This document shows, in pieces, positions 47,518-57,567 of a DNA stretch of 64,000 bases. The DNA lies in NCBI GenBank assembly GCA_965247115.1, contig CBDFGR010000002.1, forward strand, positions 640,001-704,000, written 5' to 3'. The notes under the pieces are model-generated. The model had not been told where the DNA came from. It did no database searches and worked only from the letters and a program-made list of their open reading frames with translations. The translations under genes and the position numbers were made by a program. Position 1 is the stretch's first letter; each line of letters begins with the position of its first letter. Origin of the DNA: Myxococcota bacterium (GTDB taxonomy: Bacteria; Myxococcota_A; UBA9160; SZUA-336).

Positions 47518-48576
47518 CTACGGGACGTCTTCGAGCCACAGCTGGACCAGCTTGTAGCCGACGGCGAGGAGAACGGCGCCGACGAACAGACCGATGATGC
47601 CCTGGAGAATGAAGCCGCCGATCGCGCCCATGAAGATCACCAGCATGGGTACGTCGACACCGCGGCCCAGCAGCATGGGCTTCAACACGTTGTCGCTCAC
47701 GCCGACCGCGATCATCCAGATGCCGAAGACGATGGCCCCTGCCGTCGAGCTGGTGGCGAAGACGTAGAAGATGATCGGTCCCAGTATTAGTAGGGTCGGG
47801 ATCTGAATCACGGCCAGGAGCAGGACCAGCAGCGTCCAGAGGCCGGCCGCGGGTACATTCGCGACGAGTAATGCGACCCCGGCCAGGACCGCCTGGATCA
47901 ACGCCACCCCGAGGATTCCGCGGGTCACGCTCTGCACCGTATTGCCGATCAACTCGACGAGCGCATCACCGCGCTCCTCAACCAGTCGCCTCGCGAGCCT
48001 GCGGGCCGCTGCGGTTGCCGGCTCGCCGTAGGAGAGCATTACACCGGCGATCACGATCGAGAGCGCGAACATCACGATCCCGAAGCCCGCGGTAGCACCT
48101 CCCGACAGGATCCAGTGACCGATCGCCTTGAGCTGCGGCTTCGCCTGGCCGAGCGCTGCGCCGAGGTTCTCCGAAGCCGTGGCCCAGAGAGCGTGGACCC
48201 TGTCGCCGACGATCGGCCAGTCGGCGACCTGACCAGGCGGTGGCGGGACATGGATGTCGCCTTCTCTGAAGCTGACAGCCAACCCCGTGGCCGACTCGAC
48301 AAGACTCGTTGTGATCAGGACGGACGGGACGAGCAGGAGTAGCAGAAGGCCGACCACCAGGATCGTGGCAGAGAGCCCCTTCCTCCCGCCCGTCACCCGG
48401 GCGAGCCTCTGGTAGAGCGGATGGATCGCGATGGCGAGGATGATGCCCCAGACGATGGGGTGGATGAACGGACGCACCACCTGGAAGCACCAGATGACGA
48501 GCAGTGCAATGAGACCGATGCGAAGACTTGTCTCAACGGCACGCTTGAAAAAAGCACTGTCTTCGACTGGGGACAT
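47518..48576 (-). CDS. AI-2E family transporter (YdiK-like)
   Basis: DNVLKPMLLGRG, GAIGG...GIIGLFVGAV. Confidence 0.92.
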   Translation of the reverse strand: MSPVEDSAFFKRAVETSLRIGLIALLVIWCFQVVRPFIHPIVWGIILAIAIHPLYQRLARVTGGRKGLSATILVVGLLLLLLVPSVLITTSLVESATGLAVSFREGDIHVPPPPGQVADWPIVGDRVHALWATASENLGAALGQAKPQLKAIGHWILSGGATAGFGIVMFALSIVIAGVMLSYGEPATAAARRLARRLVEERGDALVELIGNTVQSVTRGILGVALIQAVLAGVALLVANVPAAGLWTLLVLLLAVIQIPTLLILGPIIFYVFATSSTAGAIVFGIWMIAVGVSDNVLKPMLLGRGVDVPMLVIFMGAIGGFILQGIIGLFVGAVLLAVGYKLVQLWLEDVP

Positions 48577-48603
48577 TGGGAGAGGACTCCTCTGTGGGAT
48601 CGG

Positions 48604-49806
48604 CTACGAAGTGGACTTCTCGCGCGCGCCAAAGGTAGCAGCGAGGGGGTTGGCGCTGAGGCCGTGGGCGAGAACGCTGAGCACGACCGTGCCGACCGTC
48701 GTCGCGACGATGGTGTCGCTGCCGGGCAGATTCTCACCGTAGACGATCACTACGAAGACGATGCTTGCGAGGCCACGTGGGCCGAACCAGCCCAGGAAGA
48801 GCTTCGCGTTCGTTGGCACGCCGAGACCGAGTAGGGAGAGGAAAACGGGGAGCATCCTCACGACGGTCAAGCTGAAGATCGCGTACACGCCGACCCGCCA
48901 GTCGAGGTCCCCGGGGTGCTGCAACACGACCGCCGCGCCAAAGATCACCCAGGTGATGAGCGCAAGGGCTTCGCCCGACGATTCTGCGGCCTTGAGAACC
49001 TCTTCCTTCCGCTCGTGCGTCAGCGCGCCGAAGGTGAGCCCTCCGATGAAGCAGGCGATGAAGCCGCTGCCACCCGCGAACTGCGTCAGGGCGAAGCAGG
49101 CAACAGCGAGCGCGGTGATCAGGATCCGCACCCAGGGCTCGACGACCCAGCCGCGCCGCCCTGCGGAGCGGAAGCTCCGCGCAGCCAGAACGGTGAGGCC
49201 CACGCCGATCACCGCGCCGATGCCGATCTCCTGTACGAGGAGCCGGAGCGCCAGCGAGCCGGTGCTCCCCTCCGCGCCGGTCTGAGAAGCCAGGGCGAGG
49301 AACGTGAACAAAATGGGCACGCAGATGCCGTCGTTGAGTCCGCTCTCGACGCTCAGACCCTGACGGATTGGCACCGGTACGATCGGGTTTGCCACGACGG
49401 CCTTGCCTAGCGCGGCATCCGTCGGCGCGAGAAGAGTTGCGAGGATGGCTACTTCGAGCAGCTCCAGCCCGGGGAACAGCAGCACGCCGGCGCCAACACC
49501 GAGCAGGATCGTGAGCGGTAGACCGAACAGCAGCATGCGCTGCGGAAGCTGGAAAGTGCGGCGCAGGACGGCCAGGTCCGCGTTGGCCGCATCGGTGAAG
49601 AGCACGAGCGCGAGGGTCAGCTCCGCGACCAGTCGGATCCCCTCTACGCTGATGCTCAGATTCAGCAGGCCAAGCCCCACCGGTCCGGCGATCGCCCCGA
49701 AGAGCAGATACACGAGCGGCCCGTTGACGGGCGTACGAGCGAGCCGGCCGGCCAGCACGCTGTACGCAAAGGCGAAGATCGCAAGGATGGCGAGGTTCTT
49801 GTACAT
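48604..49806 (-). CDS. CPA1 cation:proton antiporter
   Basis: LAPTDAALG, VESGLNDG, GWFGPRGLAS. Confidence 0.93.
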   Translation of the reverse strand: MYKNLAILAIFAFAYSVLAGRLARTPVNGPLVYLLFGAIAGPVGLGLLNLSISVEGIRLVAELTLALVLFTDAANADLAVLRRTFQLPQRMLLFGLPLTILLGVGAGVLLFPGLELLEVAILATLLAPTDAALGKAVVANPIVPVPIRQGLSVESGLNDGICVPILFTFLALASQTGAEGSTGSLALRLLVQEIGIGAVIGVGLTVLAARSFRSAGRRGWVVEPWVRILITALAVACFALTQFAGGSGFIACFIGGLTFGALTHERKEEVLKAAESSGEALALITWVIFGAAVVLQHPGDLDWRVGVYAIFSLTVVRMLPVFLSLLGLGVPTNAKLFLGWFGPRGLASIVFVVIVYGENLPGSDTIVATTVGTVVLSVLAHGLSANPLAATFGAREKSTS

Positions 49807-49823
49807 GCTCTCACCTCAATGGA

Positions 49824-51242
49824 TCATGGCGAGCGCCCGAGTCCCCGCACGAGCTCGTTCAGCAGCGCCTCCACGACGGCGGGGTCTTCCAAGAAGGCGT
49901 AGAAGGAGATTTCGCGCTGGGCAGCGACGAGATCCTCCAGGAAGCGGTAGCGCGCGTTGGTCAGACCAAGCTCACCGTTGAGCAGCTCCGACTGCGCATC
50001 GAGCAGGTCGAGGATCGAAGCGATGCCCAGGGTGTAGGAAGCGTCGACGATCTCGAAGTTGCGAGCGGCCGCAGCGAGTTGCCGCTCGGCGAAGCTCACG
50101 CTCTCGAAGGAGCCGCTCGCCTGAGCGAATGCGAAGCGGATCGCCTGCTCCAGCGACTGGGAGGTCGCCCGCCGTTCGGTGCGCAGGCTCGCCAGCGCCT
50201 CGTGCGCCTGATCGAGTCCGGCGCGCTTCGCGCCGCCCTGGTAGAGCGGAAAAGTGAGCACGCCCTTCATGATCCACTCGGTCTTGTTGGAGTTGTCGCC
50301 AGAGCGCTGATTCTTCAGGTGGTCGACGCCGGCGCTGAGGGACACCTTGGGGATCCAGTACGCACGCCGGCTCGAAACAAGCTGCCGCTCCGCGACCGCG
50401 ATCGAGGCGTCGAGAGCCTCCAGGTCGGGTGAGCGCCGAAGACCCAGATGAACCAGGAAGTCCCGCATTTCACGGTCTCCACCCGCGGAGAGGATGGCCT
50501 CGGCGATGCCCTCCCTGGCGTAGGCGAAGCCGTACTCGTCGATGGTCGCCCGAAGGGCCGTGGTGGGGGACTCCGGAGGCTCGTTGCGGACGCGATTCAG
50601 CTCGAAAGTGTTCTGGAGCACGCGCACCTGTGCCGCGCGCACGTCGGTGTCGTTGGTCGCGAGCTGGGTCTCCCAGCGCAGGATCTCGTTCTCGCTGGAC
50701 CAGCCCGCGGCGATACGCGAGCGAGACTTGTCGAGGCTCGCGAGCGTCAGCTCGCGGTTGCGCTTCTGGATCTCGAGCAGCTGCAGCCACCGGTCGAGCT
50801 CAAGAAAGGCGTTCGCCGCAGCCTGGATCACTCCGAGCCGGAAAGCCTCGAGCTCCCGGACCCGCCCGTTGTAGACGTGCTTCTGGATGTCGAAGCCGGC
50901 CCAGCTCTCCTCGTCGTAGAGCGACTGGCTCAGCCCCGCCGCGAACAGGAGGGACCTGTTCCGGTTGTTGTCCCGTAAAGAGTCGGAGCGATCTTCGTCG
51001 AGCACTTGCGCGCGCGCACCGATCTCCACCTGCGGCAGCAGTGCGGAACGCGCAAGTCCGATGTCCTCGCTAGCGGCCGCCAGCGCCTGACGCTGCGCGC
51101 TGAGCTCGAGGTTCGAGGCGATTGCCTGTCGGACCGCGTCGGAGAGCGAGACCTGCGCAGCACTCCCGACGGACGCCAGCATCAGCCCCAGCGCCAGTAT
51201 CGCACCCGGACCGCCTCCGCGCTTCGCTGTCCGGAAGCTCAC
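49824..51242 (-). CDS. TolC-family outer membrane efflux protein
   Basis: Signal peptide, SL.DAV..A..N, PLYQGG, Y..G..SILDLLDAQ. Confidence 0.9.
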   Translation of the reverse strand: MSFRTAKRGGGPGAILALGLMLASVGSAAQVSLSDAVRQAIASNLELSAQRQALAAASEDIGLARSALLPQVEIGARAQVLDEDRSDSLRDNNRNRSLLFAAGLSQSLYDEESWAGFDIQKHVYNGRVRELEAFRLGVIQAAANAFLELDRWLQLLEIQKRNRELTLASLDKSRSRIAAGWSSENEILRWETQLATNDTDVRAAQVRVLQNTFELNRVRNEPPESPTTALRATIDEYGFAYAREGIAEAILSAGGDREMRDFLVHLGLRRSPDLEALDASIAVAERQLVSSRRAYWIPKVSLSAGVDHLKNQRSGDNSNKTEWIMKGVLTFPLYQGGAKRAGLDQAHEALASLRTERRATSQSLEQAIRFAFAQASGSFESVSFAERQLAAAARNFEIVDASYTLGIASILDLLDAQSELLNGELGLTNARYRFLEDLVAAQREISFYAFLEDPAVVEALLNELVRGLGRSP

Positions 51243-51285
51243 TCTGGTACCATCGCGACTGACACCCTACTCGAAACGATCGCGG

Positions 51286-51603
51286 ATGCGGAAGCGGATA
51301 GGAGGCGACGCAGGGCTCGGCGTTGGGCTTAGGCGGCTTGGCGACGGCGCGCTTCGGTGGCTGGTGACCTTCTTCTGTCTGGCCTCTCCAGCGGGCTGCG
51401 CGCCTACAGTCGACGTGGGCGGGGTCTACTTCCCGGGCTGGCTGGTCGCAGCGATTGGTGGCGTTGTCGCATCCTACGGCATCGTACTCTGGCTGGCTCG
51501 ACGTCCGGACACCAGGAAGCTGGCCGACTCGGGACTCTTCTTCTTGAGCCTGGTCGCGGGCGTCGCACTCGCAATCTGGTGGGTGTCTTTCAGCAGCTTC
51601 TAG
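51286..51603 (+). CDS. ytcA: YtcA-like lipoprotein/membrane protein
   Basis: AGCAPTVDVGGVYFPGWL motif, upstream of HlyD and FUSC; start uncertain. Confidence 0.7.
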   Translation: MRKRIGGDAGLGVGLRRLGDGALRWLVTFFCLASPAGCAPTVDVGGVYFPGWLVAAIGGVVASYGIVLWLARRPDTRKLADSGLFFLSLVAGVALAIWWVSFSSF

Positions 51604-51612
51604 GGAGGGCGA

Positions 51613-52634
51613 GTGAACCGCACACAGCGCATCGCAGTCGTAACAGCGTCCTTTGTCATCGCTGCGATCCTCGCCTGGCTGCTGCTCGCTCGCTCCGAGC
51701 GCTATCCGCAGACCGACGACGCGTACGTCGACGCGGACGTCGTCGGGATCGTCGCCCAGCTCTCGGGGCCCATAGTCAACCTCCCCGTGGTGGACAATCA
51801 GGCCGTGCGAGCGGGCGAACTCCTGTTCGAGATCGACCCGCGGCCGTTTCAAATCCAGCTGGAGCAGGCTCGGGCGCAGCTGGACCGCACGGGGCTCGAC
51901 GTCACGGCTCTGGCCGATGCCGTGAGCAGCGCCGAGGCCAACTCCGCTACGCGGAGGCCGCTCTTCGCCTCGCAGAGACCCAGTGGCGACGGGTGGAGCC
52001 GCTGTCGGAGATCGGTGCCGTGCCATTCCAGGACCGCGACAGGGCTCAGGGGGCGCTCGACGGCGCACGCGCAGGCCTGGACAACGCGCGCGCCGAGCTT
52101 GCCAGGGCACGCGCGAATCTGGGGGAGGCCGACGCGAACAACCCGGACATCCGAGGCGCCCTCGCGGAACTCGAGCGCGCCGAGCTCGAGCTGAGCTATG
52201 CCACCGTCGCGGCTCCCGTGAACGGGTACGTCACCGACCTGGATCTGAGTCCAGGGAGCTATGCGAATGCGGGAAGTCCGATGCTCTCGCTCGTGAACAG
52301 CGACAGCTGGCGCGTGGTTGCCTACTACAAGGAGACCCAGCTCGAGCGTATCCGTCCCGGCCAGCCCGCCTACGTCTACCTGCCGGCGTATTCCGGGGTG
52401 CGCTTCGAAGGCTCCGTGCAGGGCATTGGCTGGGGCGTCGAGCAGCAGGAGGGCGATGGGGCACGCGGCCCGTCTGGAGTCCCCAGCGTGACGCCGACCG
52501 TCGACTGGGTGCGCATGGCTCAGCGCTTCCCGGTGCGCATCACGATCGCGGGTGACGATCCTACCCATCAGCTACGCAAGGGCATGCGTGCGACGGTCCG
52601 GATCGACACCAGTGCGGAGTCGGACGGGCGCTGA
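51613..52634 (+). CDS. HlyD/MdtN-like membrane fusion protein, 1-nt frameshift near 51940
   Basis: PQTDDAYV..GELLFEIDPRPF joins LRYAEAALR..APVNGYV..WVRMAQRFPVRI in another frame. Confidence 0.88.
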
Positions 52635-52654
52635 CCGGCGGATCGACGGGAAAC

Positions 52655-54874
52655 GTGACCGAGATCGCCCACGCTCTCTTGCGCTTCCCTGGGCGCGGCT
52701 GGCTGCGCCGCGCTCTCACGCTCTCGCCAGGTGCGGCGCATGTGATCCGCTTCAGTGTCGCCGCTGCGGTGGCGGTCTGGATCGGGAAAGCCCCGGGCCT
52801 CGTCGAGAATCAGGGGTACTGGATCCTGCTCACCGTTTTGATCGTGATGCAGCCGACGACCGGGGGCTCCCTGGTCCGTGGCCTGCTGCGACTCGTGGGG
52901 ACGCTGGCAGGGGCAATGACGGCGATCCTGCTCTTCAGGCTCTTCGCCCAGCATCCGCCCCTGCTCATGGCCGCCATGTTCCTGGTCCAGGCGATCGCCG
53001 CCTACGGGAACTCGGGTCCCCGCTTTCAGTACGCCTGGTTCGTCTGGGCATTGACGAGCGCGATCGTGCTCGGCGAGGCCTTGGCGGGGCAGAGCGCCGT
53101 AGAGACCGTGGCCTTCCAACGTGCCTCCATGCTCGGCATCGGGATCGTCCTGATCTTCGTGGTTGACTCCCTGCTCTGGCCCGCGCGCGCCGAGCCGCAG
53201 CTGCGGCAGAGCCTCGCCTCGCGCGCGCGTAGTCTGGGCCAGGCGCTGAGGCGGGCCATTGCCCCTCCCGGAGCCGCCGACTCGGCACCGACCTCCGAAT
53301 CGGGGGTTCTCGCCGGTCAGCTCGGGCTCGTCGACGCGGTGCGCTCGGAGCTTGGAGTGTCAGGCGCCACGGCGGATGCACTCGCGCGCTTGGCGATGCT
53401 GCTGGAGACCCTGGCGTCGCGCGCGCGCGTGCTCGCGGGTCGAATCGAGCATACGCCGGAGCTCGCTCTCGAGAGTCGGGCACTCGACGCAGCGCTGCGC
53501 GAGCTGGCCCGCCAGATCGAGGCCGGGCTCGAGGAGATCGCCGATGCGCTTACCGCTTCCCGGCCACCCGTACGCTTGTGGGACGATCTCGAACGGGCAC
53601 TGCTTGCGGTGGAAGCCGAGCGGGACCCTTGGGTCCAGCGCAGTGGCCGCAGGGCGCCGCTTGAGGGGCACGCCGCCGACATACGGGATCTGGTTGCGGT
53701 GCTGCGCACGGCGGAGGACGCACTGTCGCCGATCGAGCGGTCGCGGCCACCAGCAACATCGGGATCGCAGCTGCAGTTCAGTCCGGACCCGCTTCGTCTT
53801 CGTCTGAAGATCGCGCTGCGGACCGGGACAGCCGTGATAGCCGCCTTCGTGATTCCGCTCGCACTGGGCTGGCCCGTGAACACTCTCGTGGCGCCGGTCG
53901 CCTTCATGTTCTGTGCGTTCAACCGTGGAGCCGGCGTGCTGGCGCTCGCGATGCTCTCGGCGATCCTCGGGTTGGGCTGGCTCGTGGCGGATCTCTCTCT
54001 CGTCTACGTCGCCCCACACGTGGGTCGCGCGCCGCTCGCGCTGGTGATCCCCTTCGGGGTGACGGCCACGTTCGCGCTCATCGCCGCCCGGAGACCGCAG
54101 CTCGCGCTGCTCCCGTCGGTCGGAGGCCTGATCGCGCTCCTACCGGTCTTCGGCGGAACGAGTGCACCCACTGACGTGTACGGGCCCTACAGCACGGTGT
54201 CTTACATGGCGATCGCGGTCGGGATCGGCTGGCTCTTCAGTCGGCTGATGTGGCCGGCGACGGCGGCGGGGCTCTTCCGCCAGCGGGTTGCCCTGCAGCT
54301 CGAGCTGTGCCTGGACGCTGTCCCCGGGTCTCCGGAGTCGGACGGGATCGAGCGCCGCCGTCGTGCTGCGAACTTGATCCGAGGCTGCACGCGGCAGACC
54401 GTGCAGCTCGGGCCCCTTCACCGCCAGGCGCTTCACGAACCCGTCGAGCGTGCGCTCGACGAGGCGCGTCGTGTGGAGATCCTTCCGCTCGCGCTGGACC
54501 TGATGGACGCGGTCCTCGGCTACCGCCCGGCAGACTCCGTACCGCTGCTGGAGCGCGGGGGTGCGCCACTGAGACCTCTGCTCGAGGCACTCCTGCGCGC
54601 GGAACGCGCGCTCCTCGAGCGCATGCAGTCCGCCGTCGATGTCCTGCGGGGCGAAGCCGCGTATACGCCTTCGGATCTGGCGGAGGCACAGCGCGTTTTC
54701 GAGGACCGCCTGTTCGAGCTGAGCTCAAGTCCAGTCGATATTTCTGACCTGACCGACGAGGAGAAGCGGCACCTGCTCGTCCAGCTCGACCGCGGCCACC
54801 GGCTCGTCGCCCGTCAGCTCACCATCGAAGACTGGTTGGCCGGCTGGCATGAGGCGGAGCGGTTGCAAACGTGA
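52655..54874 (+). CDS. FUSC/MdtO-like inner membrane efflux subunit
   Basis: YW.LLTV..VMQP..G....G..R..GT..G, LLWP, two TM blocks. Confidence 0.85.
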   Translation: MTEIAHALLRFPGRGWLRRALTLSPGAAHVIRFSVAAAVAVWIGKAPGLVENQGYWILLTVLIVMQPTTGGSLVRGLLRLVGTLAGAMTAILLFRLFAQHPPLLMAAMFLVQAIAAYGNSGPRFQYAWFVWALTSAIVLGEALAGQSAVETVAFQRASMLGIGIVLIFVVDSLLWPARAEPQLRQSLASRARSLGQALRRAIAPPGAADSAPTSESGVLAGQLGLVDAVRSELGVSGATADALARLAMLLETLASRARVLAGRIEHTPELALESRALDAALRELARQIEAGLEEIADALTASRPPVRLWDDLERALLAVEAERDPWVQRSGRRAPLEGHAADIRDLVAVLRTAEDALSPIERSRPPATSGSQLQFSPDPLRLRLKIALRTGTAVIAAFVIPLALGWPVNTLVAPVAFMFCAFNRGAGVLALAMLSAILGLGWLVADLSLVYVAPHVGRAPLALVIPFGVTATFALIAARRPQLALLPSVGGLIALLPVFGGTSAPTDVYGPYSTVSYMAIAVGIGWLFSRLMWPATAAGLFRQRVALQLELCLDAVPGSPESDGIERRRRAANLIRGCTRQTVQLGPLHRQALHEPVERALDEARRVEILPLALDLMDAVLGYRPADSVPLLERGGAPLRPLLEALLRAERALLERMQSAVDVLRGEAAYTPSDLAEAQRVFEDRLFELSSSPVDISDLTDEEKRHLLVQLDRGHRLVARQLTIEDWLAGWHEAERLQT

Positions 54875-55033
54875 GACCATGAGGCTCCGTTGACGTTCGT
54901 GGAGAAACTCGAACTAGGACACTCCAGTTGCAGGCGCTTCCTCGGAGTCCAGCTCGAGTATGCTCCCGGTGACACCCTGGTTAACCAGCGTCGCGAGGAA
55001 TGCCGCGTTACGAGAGCTTGCGCAGATCGGAGC

Positions 55034-55062
55034 GATCGCGGGAGCGGCGTCGTCTCGCGATC
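55034..55062. terminator. Hairpin between convergent FUSC and TauD genes
   Basis: GATCGCGGGA...TCTCGCGATC, 10-bp stem with one G-U pair; weak U-tract. Confidence 0.4.
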
Positions 55063-55069
55063 AAGCAAA

Positions 55070-55885
55070 TCAATGAAACGGTCGGTCGCCTTTCACCGTG
55101 ACGCGGATGCCGTCGCGCACCTCCAGGTGGTAGTCCCACACCGCCATATGCTGCGTGCAGCGGTTGTCCCACATGGCTACCGAGTTGGCTTGCCACTGAA
55201 ACCGGCAGTGGAAGTTCGGATTTTTCACATGCTCGAACAGCATGTCGAGCAGCGCACGGCTCTCCAGCGCGTGCAGGCCTTTGATCCTTCGCGTGAACCC
55301 GGAGTTCACGAACAGCGCCTGGCGGCCGGTCACCGGGTGTGTGCGTACCACCGGATGCTCCGCCTTGGGGAACTCACGCTGCGGCGGATGGTCGCCGTAG
55401 ACGCCGGTGTAGTCGGCCACGTGCAGCGCGGTCAGCGGATCCAGGAACTTCCGGATCCCTTCTGACAGAGCGTCATACGCAGCGTACATGTTGGCAAACA
55501 GGGTATCGCCGCCCTGCGTCGGTACGGTATGCAGGTGCAGGATGCTGCCGAGCGGCGGCTCCTCGTCCGCCGATACATCGGAATGCCAGCCAGAGCCGTT
55601 GTTGCGGAACGAGCTCTTGTCCGTGCGGATCACCATCAGCTCGGGGTTGCCGTGTGCATACGGCGCGGCAGGATGCACGTGCAGCTCGCCGAAGCGCTGG
55701 CCGAAGGTCAGATGCTGGTCCGGAGTCAGCGCCTGGTCGCGAAAAAACAGCACCAGGTGCTCCATCCACGCAGCATGAATCTCGCCGAACGTCTCGTCGT
55801 CGAGCGGCTTGGTCAGATCGGCACCGTATACTATCGCGCCAATGGTCGGGGTCAGCGGCTCTACGTCGATCAACCGGTAACGCAC
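55070..55885 (-). CDS. TauD-family dioxygenase
   Basis: PLTPTIGA, WHSD, GGDTLF, HPVVRTHP, WDNR.TQH; GTG start 55885 after GGAGGGGG. Confidence 0.93.
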   Translation of the reverse strand: MRYRLIDVEPLTPTIGAIVYGADLTKPLDDETFGEIHAAWMEHLVLFFRDQALTPDQHLTFGQRFGELHVHPAAPYAHGNPELMVIRTDKSSFRNNGSGWHSDVSADEEPPLGSILHLHTVPTQGGDTLFANMYAAYDALSEGIRKFLDPLTALHVADYTGVYGDHPPQREFPKAEHPVVRTHPVTGRQALFVNSGFTRRIKGLHALESRALLDMLFEHVKNPNFHCRFQWQANSVAMWDNRCTQHMAVWDYHLEVRDGIRVTVKGDRPFH

Positions 55886-56006
55886 GCGCGCCCCCTCCGT
55901 GGTTGGGTTGTCGGGCGGGCCTGGAGCCCGGCTCCACAGCGACTTTGGATTGCAATCATACGTACTGCAGGGGGGCGGCCGCTCGTAGGCTACTATCACA
56001 GAGCAT

Positions 56007-56690
56007 CTAGACGCGCACGGTGAGCTCGAAGCCGCCCGCGAACGGGAGCGTCATCGTGCGGAAGCGGTTCTTCGGATCGTTCACGAACTCGAAGTAGTCA
56101 CCGTAGAGGTCCGCGTACCCCGCGGTGTTGTCACACACCACGATGGCTCCCTGGCGCAGGCTTGGGGACACACGTTCCAGGGCGGCTAGGGCCACCTCCC
56201 AGATGTCCACCAACATGAAGTCCACCGGACCGCCGACGTCCTGGAGACTCTGGCGGAGGTCGCCCTCGCGCAGCTCGATGAACTCGGCAAGCCCAGCCTC
56301 CTTGAAGTTTGCACGGGCCACCTCCGCCTTCTCCGGCTCGTACTCCGTTCCGATTACCACGCCGTGCTCGACCTGATTGTCGCGCACGGCGGCCGCCAGA
56401 TAGAGCGTCGAGACCCCGAACGAAGTGCCCGCTTCCACGACACGGGCGGCGCGCAGGGACCGGCAGAGCTGGTAGCAGAACTCCGCCTTGTCGCGATCCA
56501 GGGCGACCATCTTGTCCGAGAAGAAGCGATGCATGTCGTCGTCGAAGACGAAGACTCTCTCCTGGTCGAGCGTGCCTTCTTGAATGCGTCTGGCGAAATA
56601 GGCGCCCATTTCATCGTCCTGCGCCTCGCTCTGCGCGTGCAGGCGATCGAGCAGGGCCTCGAGCTTCGGATCGTTCAGCGGGGATGTCAT
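56007..56690 (-). CDS. O-methyltransferase family protein
   Basis: VVEAGTSFGVSTLYLA, REGD, VDIW, CDN. Confidence 0.9.
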   Translation of the reverse strand: MTSPLNDPKLEALLDRLHAQSEAQDDEMGAYFARRIQEGTLDQERVFVFDDDMHRFFSDKMVALDRDKAEFCYQLCRSLRAARVVEAGTSFGVSTLYLAAAVRDNQVEHGVVIGTEYEPEKAEVARANFKEAGLAEFIELREGDLRQSLQDVGGPVDFMLVDIWEVALAALERVSPSLRQGAIVVCDNTAGYADLYGDYFEFVNDPKNRFRTMTLPFAGGFELTVRV

Positions 56691-56710
56691 GCTTGCCTTC
56701 TCCCGATCCG

Positions 56711-57056
56711 TTACAGCTCGTCTGCCGAGTAGTTGCTCTTCTCGTGGAAGTTGAGGGGTTGGGTGAGCGCCCCGACGAAGGTCAATTTTTTCACCACCCG
56801 ACCGCCATGCAACGCCCGAGCAGGCACGAACATGTAGGCGCCAGGCTTGATGGTCGTCACGCTGCCGTCTGCCGGATCCACCGCTTCATACTCGCCGGAT
56901 ACGAAGTACAGGTGAGTGTCCCAGGTGTGCCAGTGTGGTTCCTCCATCGGCCCCTCGTTCATTTCCACGGAGAAGGGGCCAAAGCCCCTGCCTGACAAAG
57001 TCCAGCAGTGCGTCTTCTTTGCTGTTGTACTTGTCGCTGTGGATCTCGATTGCCAT
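56711..57056 (-). CDS. Small cupin protein, 1-nt frameshift near 56975
   Basis: GGAGG RBS, MAIEIHSDKY..QGLWP joins FSVEM..PHWH...HLYFVSGE..VPARALH; extra C in a C run. Confidence 0.7.
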
Positions 57057-57123
57057 GGTGCACCTCCCGTCGCAGGGATCGTAACACCAAAACTCGGTCG
57101 GGAGTTGAGCCTTTCGGCGATCC

Positions 57124-57567
57124 TCAACCCAGCACCCCCGCCAGGTAACGCGCGTAGGAGCGCGACATGACCAGGAGAAAGGCGGATGGGTCGCGGAGAA
57201 TCTCAGTGGCGACACCGGCCACATCCGTGCGGGCAGCGGCTCCAGCAGGAAACATCCTCTCGCCCAGGTCGAGGGCACACACGGACGGAAGCAGCGTCGC
57301 GGCCTCAGCAGCGGGTATCCGGAACGCAGCCCGGACGTGGCCGAGGTCGACGATCGCCACGTGGTCCGGCGGCGGACCCAAGACGGTCCATTCGCCAGGG
57401 GTAACGCACCAAATGAGCCGCTGCCCTTCGTGTCTGACGTGGCCCACGGGGCAGCCGCGCTCCGAAGGGTCGGCAAACGTACGCCACTTCGGGGCAAGCG
57501 ACATGTCTTCCCAGCCGTCGGGCAGCTCGTCGAAGGGCGACATTGCTGCAGGGGAGAACTCAGCCAC
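57124..57567 (-). CDS. mgdD: N-methylglutamate dehydrogenase / sarcosine oxidase gamma subunit
   Basis: PGEW, VCALDL...FP.G.AART, RSYARYL. Confidence 0.75.
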   Translation of the reverse strand: MAEFSPAAMSPFDELPDGWEDMSLAPKWRTFADPSERGCPVGHVRHEGQRLIWCVTPGEWTVLGPPPDHVAIVDLGHVRAAFRIPAAEAATLLPSVCALDLGERMFPAGAAARTDVAGVATEILRDPSAFLLVMSRSYARYLAGVLG

